DNA of 21,705 bases, from the NCBI GenBank assembly GCA_041576165.1, contig JBFGLM010000069.1, positions 1 through 21,705 on the forward strand, given 5' to 3'. The position numbers and the translations under genes were made by a program. Positions 1 to 7,581 of this stretch are shown here, piece after piece. Below the pieces are notes generated by a model. That model did no database searches, had not been told where the DNA came from, and saw only the letters and a list, made by a program, of their open reading frames with translations. Origin of the DNA: Acidimicrobiia bacterium (GTDB lineage Bacteria > Actinomycetota > Acidimicrobiia > Spongiisociales > Spongiisociaceae). Numbering within the stretch: the stretch's first letter is position 1; each line of letters begins with the position of its first letter.

Positions 1-70
1 GAAAGATCGGGTGGCATAGACAATGGATGGTGGACACATATATAGGTGAGCGACACGGCGAGGTGGATCT

Positions 71-628
71 GTGGGAAGCGCCATCTCTGCGGAGCAGCGC
101 TACCAGTGTCTGTTCGACCGATACCACCGAGAGGTGTACGCCTATTGCCGCCGCCGCACCGACGCCACCTCGGCGGGCGACTGCCTGGCAAACACCTTCC
201 TGGTGGCGTGGCGTCGAATCGACGACGTCCCCGAGGGCCCCGCTGCCTTAGGGTGGTTGTACGGGGTGGCACGACGCAACCTGGCCAACGAGTTCCGCCG
301 CATCCGCCGCTCCCGCCGTCTCCTCACCCGCCTGCGCAACAACAACCCACCACGGGACCCCACCCCTGACGTGGTCGTAGTGCGCCGCGACCGAGACCGC
401 ACCCTGCTCGCCGCCCTCGATCAATTGCGGGCGGAGGATCAAGAGGTGCTGAGGCTGGCGTGGTGGGAAGAACTCCCCCACAAAGAAATCGCCGCCATGT
501 TGGGGTGCTCATCGAACGCGGTGGCGCACCGCATCCAACGGGCCGCCCACCGAGTCGCCAAGGAATACGAACGTCTCGACCAGCGCCATGCGTTGGCCCG
601 GCCGCCGCGAGGAGGTGAGTCACAGTGA
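71..628 (+). CDS. ECF (sigma-70 group 4) RNA polymerase sigma factor
   Basis: Region 2 (LFDRYHREVYAYCRRR..DCLANTFLVAWRR..WLYGVARR) and region 4 (LDQLRAEDQEVLRLAWWEELPHKEIAAMLGCS). Stop overlaps the next GTG start. Start codon uncertain. Confidence 0.92.
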   Translation: MGSAISAEQRYQCLFDRYHREVYAYCRRRTDATSAGDCLANTFLVAWRRIDDVPEGPAALGWLYGVARRNLANEFRRIRRSRRLLTRLRNNNPPRDPTPDVVVVRRDRDRTLLAALDQLRAEDQEVLRLAWWEELPHKEIAAMLGCSSNAVAHRIQRAAHRVAKEYERLDQRHALARPPRGGESQ

Positions 629-2205
629 TCGACATCGCCACCATCGAGGCCCACATGCGGGACGCCAACCCCATCCGGCACCTCGATGAGGTCGACCCAG
701 ACGAGCTCTCCTTCGCTGTCGCCGTCGCACACACCAGGAGGGCATCGGTCATGCAAGCCCCCACCCAACACCCCACACCAACCACACCGCTGACACCACC
801 ACCGCAGCGTCGCAAAGCCTGGGCTGCCGTCGCTGCTGCGTTCGTGCTGGCCTTGGCCGCAATCGGCGCGGCCGCGCTGGTCATGCGCGGCGGTGACGGA
901 GAGGTCGCCGACACACCGCCGGTTCCCACGACCCTTGTCGAGCCTGACGTAGCAACCACCGGCGCAGGCGAAGAGCCCACTGCGTCCGCACTGCTCGACG
1001 GAAGCAACACATACGATGCCGAGGAGTTCTATGGAGCGTGGCACCAGGTTGGGGTCGATGAACCCTGGGTCGACTCCATTCTCGACATCGAAGCAATGTC
1101 GGACGGCGGTTTTGTCGTAGTGACGGTGGAACCTTATCCGTCGAATGTGGTCTGGTCACCAGACGGTGTCGAGTGGTTCAACGCAGACCCGCAGCAGCTC
1201 TTGCCGCCACTCGCGTGGTCAGATTCTCGACATCGAAGCAATGCGATCCCTCTCTACAACGTGCTTGATGTCGGACCCGTCCCGATTACGTTGGGCAGGC
1301 CTCCAGGCGAACCCGGGTTGATCGCCGTCAGCGAGGCTTTGGTGGCGCTCGTCGATCCAGACAGCACCGCCGTGTACTTCGGCGACCCTGTGACCGGTGA
1401 CTGGACCTCAGTCGATCTCGACACCAGCGGACTCGCCGACCACGTCGAACCGGCATTTGTCGCCGCACGCGGAGATCTCCTCCTGGTCGCCGGCTGGGTC
1501 GAGGTCACGGACCCTCCCACCGATCCGGACTCCGCAGAGCCCATCCCGACCGTGAGCCTCGTCGGGTGGATCGTCGACACGGAACAGGGCACCGCAGCGC
1601 AGACACCGATGCCCGCTGTGACCGCTCGCTTCGGCCACGGCGAGGCCCCTGAGCTCGCGTGGTTCGACGGTCGGTGGCTCCTCTTGGTCGGCGAGCCTCA
1701 CGCCAGGGGTAACAACAACTACTCGCTGTGGACCGCACCAGATGCGGCTTCGTGGAACGAATTGGCTCTGCCCAGCGAACTCGAATACCTGTCGCTCACC
1801 GTCGGCACCCGTGGCGTCACCATCGGCCCGCGTGGCGGTGACTACATCTGGCACTCCGCCGACCTGGCTGACTGGAAGCAGACCTTCGCCAATACACCGG
1901 AAACGCACAACATCACCAGGCCCGCGTACAGCGATGCGCTCGGCTACGTCGTTCTGCAGAGCCGAATCCAGGATCCGGACTTCGGGGACGTTCTGAACCG
2001 AGTGGTGATGTCAGTCGACGGGGTCGATTGGCACGAGGTCGGACCGGCACGCCCAGACCAAGCGAGATACGCCGCCGCCTCCGGCGACCGGCTGCTCGTG
2101 TACGACGTGTCCAAGGAGGAGTGGTCTCGTGAGGACGGCCGTCCGTGGTTCAGTATCGCCACGGAGGCCGCCAAACACCGGCTGTGGCTGTGGTCGATGG
2201 ACTGA
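625..2205 (+). CDS. Single-pass membrane protein, putative anti-sigma/sensor with extracellular beta-propeller-like domain
   Basis: GGAGG RBS and GTGA coupling to the sigma gene; short N-terminal helix, one TM (AWAAVAAAFVLALAAIGAAALV), Pro/Thr linker, Asp-box-like motifs (WSPDGVEW, SADLADW, SVDGVDW). Anti-sigma role inferred from gene order. Confidence 0.75.
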   Translation: MIDIATIEAHMRDANPIRHLDEVDPDELSFAVAVAHTRRASVMQAPTQHPTPTTPLTPPPQRRKAWAAVAAAFVLALAAIGAAALVMRGGDGEVADTPPVPTTLVEPDVATTGAGEEPTASALLDGSNTYDAEEFYGAWHQVGVDEPWVDSILDIEAMSDGGFVVVTVEPYPSNVVWSPDGVEWFNADPQQLLPPLAWSDSRHRSNAIPLYNVLDVGPVPITLGRPPGEPGLIAVSEALVALVDPDSTAVYFGDPVTGDWTSVDLDTSGLADHVEPAFVAARGDLLLVAGWVEVTDPPTDPDSAEPIPTVSLVGWIVDTEQGTAAQTPMPAVTARFGHGEAPELAWFDGRWLLLVGEPHARGNNNYSLWTAPDAASWNELALPSELEYLSLTVGTRGVTIGPRGGDYIWHSADLADWKQTFANTPETHNITRPAYSDALGYVVLQSRIQDPDFGDVLNRVVMSVDGVDWHEVGPARPDQARYAAASGDRLLVYDVSKEEWSREDGRPWFSIATEAAKHRLWLWSMD

Positions 2206-2330
2206 GCATCGAACATGCGCGCCGTCACGGAACTCGGAGAGGCTCCGGATGCAGCGACGCCGAAAACTCGGCGTGCGGGTCAGGTCCGTCCCGGCCGGCT
2301 GAAGGAGCGGGTCAAGTGGCATCGACCCTC

Positions 2331-2500
2331 ATGCATGCCTGACCCATGCCATCAGCGTCGTTGACCTGGAGCCAGACGCCGACCCGCCGAAGGGATCGGC
2401 GATCGGACCCGATCAGGCGGGCAACCTGCTGGAGGTGATCTGGCTGGAGCTTGCCGACGACGTGCAGCTGGTAATGCACGCCATGGCGCTGCGACCGGCG
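2331..2500 (+). pseudogene. Fragment of a small actinobacterial BrnT/RelE-like toxin gene
   Basis: MHA / frameshift near 2339 / THAISVVDLEPDADPPKGSAIGPDQAGNLLEVIWLELADDVQLVMHAMALRPA; the IGPDxAGNLLEV..HAM pattern is typical of this family. No intact start or C-terminus. Confidence 0.65.
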
Positions 2501-2625
2501 ACGATCAGGTCGGGAAGCAGCAGCTCATCTGCTGCAGCGAGAGAGGCGGTGGCCCGAGCGGCGAGGTCGGGGGGATCACCGGTGAGATGGCGGACCAGGA
2601 CGTTCGTGTCGACGAACGCCGTCAG
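2497..2625 (-). pseudogene. vapC: Truncated PIN-domain toxin (43 N-terminal codons only)
   Basis: Not in the ORF track. CTG overlapping the antitoxin TGA gives LTAFVDTNVLVRHLTGDPPDLAARATASLAAADELLLPDLIVA; FVDTNVL is the PIN signature. Similarity stops just before the conserved Glu. Confidence 0.85.
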
Positions 2626-2867
2626 CGGCGCGCCTTGGCGCGGGTGCTTCGGGTGCTGCGGCGAACCTCATCCCACGAGGTGCGTTTGGCCGCCGGAACT
2701 TCGACGGCACCGGCGAGGTCGAGGAGGTTCGGCGTCTTGGCGAGTGCCGCTCGGTGCTCCTCCACCCGGAAGACGACCTGATCGCCTTCCGAGATGCCGA
2801 GGCGTTCGCGAACCTCCTTAGGGATCGTGATCTGACCTTTCGAGGTGACTCTGGCTGCGAGATCCAT
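2622..2867 (-). CDS. AbrB/MazE/SpoVT-family antitoxin (VapB-type), 81 aa
   Basis: ARVTSKGQITIPKEVRERLGISEGDQVVF signature; AAGGAGG RBS before ATG 2867; directly upstream of the PIN gene. Confidence 0.92.
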   Translation of the reverse strand: MDLAARVTSKGQITIPKEVRERLGISEGDQVVFRVEEHRAALAKTPNLLDLAGAVEVPAAKRTSWDEVRRSTRSTRAKARR

Positions 2868-2876
2868 GTTGAGCCT

Positions 2877-2900
2877 CCTTACTATGCGAGTGAAGTAAGG
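2877..2900. promoter_or_regulatory. Putative antitoxin autoregulatory operator
   Basis: Perfect inverted repeat CCTTACT-N10-AGTAAGG overlapping the antitoxin RBS. Confidence 0.6.
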
Positions 2901-3106
2901 GTAACAGTCGAGACACCGCGAGACCAGGGTCGGGTCGCGTGGCCGTGCCGCTTCCAGGAGACCGAGCCAGCCCAGTCGACCGAACCGAGAGTCCGCGAGG
3001 AGTCCGCGACAGGATCCAAAGCGACACGCGACAACCAGCAGCAAAAGACCAGGTCAGGGCGCAGATCGCGCCGAATTGCAGCCTCACCGACACCCCCTGA
3101 TCCGGG

Positions 3107-3148
3107 TGGGGGCCAAGAGGTCACCAGTTCAAATCCGGCCAGCCCGAC
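3107..3148 (+). mobile_element. Degenerate 3' half of tRNA-Pro(GGG), probable att-site remnant
   Basis: TGGGGGCCAAGAGGTCACCAGTTCAAATCCGGCCAGCCCGAC has an anticodon loop, a GTTCAAATC T-loop and a CAGCCCGA acceptor strand as in actinobacterial tRNA-Pro. No D-arm or 5' half upstream. Confidence 0.7.
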
Positions 3149-3220
3149 GAGACGAGACCCTGGCACATTGACCTAGTTGGCGGCGCGGCGTCGAGCGGCG
3201 CCGTGAGCACTTACAACGGC

Positions 3221-3607
3221 TCAGGAACAGTTGCTCCTGCTCCACTCATCTACGCTGCGGGCGGCGGCGGCGACACCCTCATCAGGTATGGCTTCCAGGG
3301 CTGCTTGGTCCACTCGAGACTCATCGCCACCAGCCGCGATCAGAAGGTCAGTGACCTCCAGCACGTAGTTAGCGAAGGTTTCGGCATCGGCCCTGATCTC
3401 GTCCGGAACCACCTCGAGGCCCTCCACGTACTTCTCTCTCCCTTCGCGGATGATCGGAAGTGCCTCATCCGCGGGCATCCCGGTTGTGTTCTGTGCGTCG
3501 ATCTCGTCGAGGAGTTCGCAGAAGCGCTCAGGATTGGCGCCTCCCTCCGAGTCTCCACACGCTGCGAGAACGAGCCCAAGAGCAATCAACACAGCCAAAG
3601 AACGCAC
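3221..3607 (-). CDS. Small helical lipoprotein, unknown function
   Basis: GTG at 3607 after GAAAGG; signal peptide with lipobox LAAC-G; two further Cys; TACCAT -10-like hexamer at 3641-3646. Confidence 0.85.
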   Translation of the reverse strand: MRSLAVLIALGLVLAACGDSEGGANPERFCELLDEIDAQNTTGMPADEALPIIREGREKYVEGLEVVPDEIRADAETFANYVLEVTDLLIAAGGDESRVDQAALEAIPDEGVAAAARSVDEWSRSNCS

Positions 3608-3757
3608 GAGGGCCTTTCGTGAGATGAATGAGTGCAAAAAATGGTACTGCAAACAGCCGCCGAACACCTACACCCTTCACGGCATCAAGACAGCCGCCTT
3701 TCTTGCATAGACGGGCGGATTAGGCGCCGCCGTGGCGGCCTCTCGTCGTTCCGAAAG

Positions 3758-3783
3758 CCAGATGGGGACAGTTCCCCATCTGG
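3758..3783. other. Perfect 11-bp hairpin in a divergent intergenic region
   Basis: CCAGATGGGGA-CAGT-TCCCCATCTGG; no U-tract, function unknown. Confidence 0.5.
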
Positions 3784-3900
3784 GCGGCCGGCTGGTCTCG
3801 ATCCTTCGCGGCCTCGGGGATCGCCGCCGCTGCAGGGAGGTCCGCCGCACGGTGCATTCTGTTGTGGACCTTTGGCCCTACGAGCAAGTCCCCACAAATG

Positions 3901-3948
3901 TTTAGGTTGACCTAAAGACCTGAATGGTGAATATCAGGCATGCCTAAA
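3901..3948. promoter_or_regulatory. DtxR-family operator, two boxes
   Basis: Palindrome TTTAGGT-TG-ACCTAAA (3901-3916) and weaker ATCAGGCATGCCTAAA (3933-3948) over the start codon; resembles TTAGG..CCTAA boxes of the DtxR/SirR/MntR family. Confidence 0.8.
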
Positions 3949-4620
3949 CATCCAAAGGCTGAGGACGGACCCACCACCTCCGCACCGGAGGAGATGTACC
4001 TCATCACGGTGGCCCGGGCGGTTGAGGAGGGCATTCGTCCGCCCGTTCCTGTCACCGAGGTGGCCAACCAACTCGAAGTGTCGACCGCATCGGCACACCA
4101 GATGATCAAGAAGCTGGCGGGCCGTGGCCTCCTCGACTACGCGCCCTACAAGGGCATCACGCTCACCGACGCCGGTCAGGTCGTGGCGGGTCGGGTGTTG
4201 CGACGGCGACGGCTGTGGGCAGTGTTCCTCGCCAAGTGCCTCGGGCTCACACCGGGCCGGGCCGACGAGGTGGCATGCGACATGGAGCACATCACTCCCG
4301 CCGACGTAGCCGACCGCCTGGCGGACTTCCTAAACGATCCAGAGGTGGGACCTCGGGGCGATCGCATCCCCCTCCGTGGTGCGACGACGGCAGCCGTGCC
4401 GCTCTCCACCGTGGCGCCTCATCGCCCCGCAACTGTGACTGGTGTCGACGGCGTGGAGGGGGAGATCTCGTTTCTGCGGGTCGCGGGGATTGGGACGGGC
4501 ACCACCGTAACGGTGCTTGCAGGCGTTGCCGACGGGGACCGCCTGATCGACGTCGCCGGGCAGCGCATCCACCTGCCATCCGATGTCGTTGCTTTGGTGA
4601 CCGTTGAGGAGAAGCCTTGA
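3940..4620 (+). CDS. DtxR/IdeR-family metal-dependent repressor with C-terminal FeoA/SH3-like domain
   Basis: EEMYL, winged HTH (VTEVANQLEVSTASAHQMIKKL), ACDMEH metal motif, FeoA-like tail. Confidence 0.93.
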   Translation: MPKHPKAEDGPTTSAPEEMYLITVARAVEEGIRPPVPVTEVANQLEVSTASAHQMIKKLAGRGLLDYAPYKGITLTDAGQVVAGRVLRRRRLWAVFLAKCLGLTPGRADEVACDMEHITPADVADRLADFLNDPEVGPRGDRIPLRGATTAAVPLSTVAPHRPATVTGVDGVEGEISFLRVAGIGTGTTVTVLAGVADGDRLIDVAGQRIHLPSDVVALVTVEEKP

Positions 4621-6725
4621 GCGAGTCCGGTGTGATCATCTCGCTCGGTGACCTGTCGCTTGGGTCGACCAGCATCGTGACCGACCTGACCGCACACAAC
4701 GTGGTGTGGCAACGGTTCGTAGAAATGGGATCAATCGCGGGCACGGAAGTCACGGCTTTGCGGAGTGGACCGCTCGGAGAAGTACCGGCGACGGGCGGGA
4801 AGCTGGTCCTGGTGGGTCAGCCCAACGTTGGCAAGTCCCAGCTGTTTCGCGCTTTGACCGGCCGGCATGTGGTGGTGGCTAACTACCCGGGAACCACGGT
4901 GGAGGTCGCCCAGGCGGCCGCGCGCTTCCGGCCCGAAGTCGTAGTCGTAGACACGCCCGGGGTGGTGACGCTCCCGGCGCGTTCGGAGGGCGAACAGGTC
5001 GCGGTCAGGCTGCTTCTCGAAGGCGGGGTGCGCGCCGTTGCGTTGGTAGGGGACGCCAAGAACCTTCGGCGGACGATGTTGTTGGCAGTGCAGGTGGCCG
5101 AGTTGGGACTGCCCATGGCTTTGGCGCTCAACATGATGGACGAAGCCGAGGAGCGCGGCGTCGGTGTAGATCACGAGCTGCTGGCGTCCCATCTCGGTGT
5201 CCCGGTGGTGCCCACGGTGGCGACGGCCGGCCGCGGCGTCGACGACCTCTCGAGGTCACTGGAGGAGGCGGACGCGCCTGCGTATCACGTCACGTACCCG
5301 GTCGAGATCGAGGAAACCGTCGCGGCCGCGGTAATGGCGATGACAGATACTCCCGTGGCGGCCCGCGGTCTGGCCTTACTATGGCTGGCAGGCGATCCGA
5401 TCGCCGGTGCGTGGCTGACCGATCATCTGGCGTCTGCGGTTTACGACGAACTCGAGGCGAAGCGCCGCCACCTTCAGTTGGGGTTCCAGGAGCCGTTGTC
5501 TTCGGTGATGCAGGCTGCGCGCAGCGCCGTCGTGGATCGGGTGGTAGAGGCCGTCCTCACCGACCGCCGTATCGGTCTGCTTGGCTGGCGGGCCAGGCTC
5601 GGCCTACTTAGCGCCCACCCGGTGTGGGGCCTGCCGCTTCTGGCGGGCGTGCTCTATGCGATGTACTGGTTCGTTGGCGTACTCGGCGCCGGCATGCTGG
5701 TAGACACTCTCGAGGACGATCTGTTCGGCACGGCCATCAACCCCCGAGTGACGGACTGGGTGCGCGACCTCCTGCCGGTGGAGGTGATTGTCGACCTCCT
5801 CGTAGGCGACTACGGCCTGTGGACAATGGGCATGACCTATGCGCTGGCACTGATCATGCCGATTGTGGCGACGTTCTTCCTGGCCTTCGGGGTCCTCGAG
5901 GACTCGGGGTACCTGCCGCGGCTCGCAGTGCTCACCAACCGGGCGTTTCGAGCCATGGGACTCAACGGTCGGGCGGTGGTCCCCATGGTGCTGGGCTTGG
6001 GTTGCGTCACCATGGCGACGCTCACCACGCGCATCCTCGACACCAAGCGGGAGCGGATGCTGGCGATCTTTCTGCTGGCGCTTGCCGTACCGTGTTCGGC
6101 GCAGCTCGGGGTGGTGATGGGGCTCTTGGCGGGGATCTCGTTCACCGCAACCCTCATTTGGGGGACGGTAGTAGTGGGGGTGCTGCTGGCCATTGGCTGG
6201 CTGGCGGCCCAGCTGCTCGCGGGCGAACGCTCGATGTTGCTGGTCGAGCTCCCGCCGCTCCGCCGCCCCCGCTTGGGCAATGTCGTTCTCAAGACGCTGG
6301 CCCGGGTCGAGTGGTACCTCAAGGAAGTCATCCCGATTTTCCTGGCGGGCACGGCCGCGTTGTTCGTCCTCGACCGACTCGAGGTGCTGCCGCGGGTCAT
6401 CAGCGGTGCCGAGCCTCTGGTGGTGGGATGGCTCGGTCTCCCCGCGGTAGCGGCCACGGCGTTCCTGATGGGCTTCCTCCGCCGGGACTTCGGTGCGGCC
6501 GGCCTCTTCGCGCTGGCGACTGGCGGCCTGCTCAGCCCTGCACAGCTAGTCGTGGCTTTGGTAACAGTCACCTTGTTCGTGCCGTGCATCGCTAGCGTAT
6601 TTGTGATTGCCCGAGAGCGGAGCTGGCTCACGGCCGCGTCAGTGACCGCCGTGATCTTCCCGCTTGCCTTTTTGGCGGGAGGGGCACTCAGCCGTGTCCT
6701 GTCGATCGTGGGGTGGGGCGCATGA
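4617..6725 (+). CDS. feoB: Ferrous iron transporter FeoB with a partial FeoA-like N-terminal extension
   Basis: G1 GQPNVGKS, G2 NYPGTTVE, G3 DTPG, G4 NMMD; LEDSGYLPR, LGLGC, PCSAQ, VELP motifs; many TM segments; TTG start overlapping the upstream TGA. Confidence 0.95.
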   Translation: MSESGVIISLGDLSLGSTSIVTDLTAHNVVWQRFVEMGSIAGTEVTALRSGPLGEVPATGGKLVLVGQPNVGKSQLFRALTGRHVVVANYPGTTVEVAQAAARFRPEVVVVDTPGVVTLPARSEGEQVAVRLLLEGGVRAVALVGDAKNLRRTMLLAVQVAELGLPMALALNMMDEAEERGVGVDHELLASHLGVPVVPTVATAGRGVDDLSRSLEEADAPAYHVTYPVEIEETVAAAVMAMTDTPVAARGLALLWLAGDPIAGAWLTDHLASAVYDELEAKRRHLQLGFQEPLSSVMQAARSAVVDRVVEAVLTDRRIGLLGWRARLGLLSAHPVWGLPLLAGVLYAMYWFVGVLGAGMLVDTLEDDLFGTAINPRVTDWVRDLLPVEVIVDLLVGDYGLWTMGMTYALALIMPIVATFFLAFGVLEDSGYLPRLAVLTNRAFRAMGLNGRAVVPMVLGLGCVTMATLTTRILDTKRERMLAIFLLALAVPCSAQLGVVMGLLAGISFTATLIWGTVVVGVLLAIGWLAAQLLAGERSMLLVELPPLRRPRLGNVVLKTLARVEWYLKEVIPIFLAGTAALFVLDRLEVLPRVISGAEPLVVGWLGLPAVAATAFLMGFLRRDFGAAGLFALATGGLLSPAQLVVALVTVTLFVPCIASVFVIARERSWLTAASVTAVIFPLAFLAGGALSRVLSIVGWGA

Positions 6726-7156
6726 GCCGACAGCTGACCTGCAGTCTTTGCTGCCACACCTTCGACCCGGCAGCCGAGGCCGCTTGTGTCTCTTGCCCAT
6801 TGCGGAAGGGATGCCCGCTGGTGTGCTGTCCCAGCTGTGGTCACGTCACGGTGGACACCGAGAGGTCCCGACTGGCCCGGCTCGCAAACTCGATCATGCA
6901 CAGGAAGGCTCGGGGGCACGACACCACCGGGACCGATCGCACGTTGACGGACATCGCACCGGGAGACTCCGGTGTGGTGAAAGGCTACTGCTCCAGCATC
7001 CCGCGACCGCGGCGTGAGCAGCTCGAGGCCTACGGGCTGAGCGCAGGCCGCAGAGTGTTCGTCGTGCAGCACGCGCCCGTCACCGTGCTCCGCGTCGATC
7101 ACACCGAGCTCGCCCTAGAAGCCGAGCTAGCCGCGGCCATCCTGGTACGCCCGTAA
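6722..7156 (+). CDS. feoA: FeoA-domain protein with N-terminal 9-Cys domain
   Basis: ATGA coupling to feoB; C-terminal FeoA (TLTDIAPGDSGVV..LEAYGLSAGRRVFVVQHAP..ELALEAELAAAILV); N-terminal CxxCC..CxxC..C..CCPxC. Confidence 0.88.
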   Translation: MSRQLTCSLCCHTFDPAAEAACVSCPLRKGCPLVCCPSCGHVTVDTERSRLARLANSIMHRKARGHDTTGTDRTLTDIAPGDSGVVKGYCSSIPRPRREQLEAYGLSAGRRVFVVQHAPVTVLRVDHTELALEAELAAAILVRP

Positions 7157-7581
7157 CACGCCAGCGTGATCCGGATCAAGCCGCACGGAATGACGCGTGC
7201 TGCACCGGGCTCGGACAGTCAAACCCGCGCGCTGACCGGCAACCTGCTCGGCGCCCGGCCGAACTTCGGAGCTGTCCGTCGTCACTCTTCCAGGATCTTC
7301 AGGTGTGAAAGCTGTCCTATGAGGCCCACCGCCAAAACCCCGCACCGTTACTGTGTCTTCGGCTGTTGCTGGAGAGAGGAATGACGCTCAGGCCAAGGTG
7401 AGGCCGTGCGAGACTGAGTGCTGCCTCCCACTCCCGAGTTCCTTGCTCGTACGCAACAACGCAATGACGAGATGGCAGCGGCTCGGTCAGCGCCGTCTCG
7501 GTGCCCATGCAAGGGACGGCCGTGCCAGGTGGGAGTCGGTTTCATCGCCTGGGCGCTTGATGCGACCTGGCCGTGGCATGT

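Noticed and set aside
2208-2231. IEHARRHG as the lost N-terminus of the BrnT-like toxin
   Set aside because: Resembles the expected ARRHG motif but lies about 100 bp too far upstream and is too short to support.
3080-3150. Functional tRNA gene
   Set aside because: No 5' acceptor strand or D-arm, and the T-stem is mismatched; treated as an att remnant.
3864-3881. DosR/DevR-like box GGACCTTTGGCCC (similar sequence near 11327-11341)
   Set aside because: Weak match in GC-rich DNA, no cognate regulator in the window, and it overlaps the palindromic element.
5837-7102. 421-aa minus-strand ORF and similar long overlapping ORFs
   Set aside because: Antisense shadows of real high-GC genes, with no motifs.
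7160-7580. Small ORFs between feoA and the LLM gene
   Set aside because: No recognisable motif or convincing start signals.
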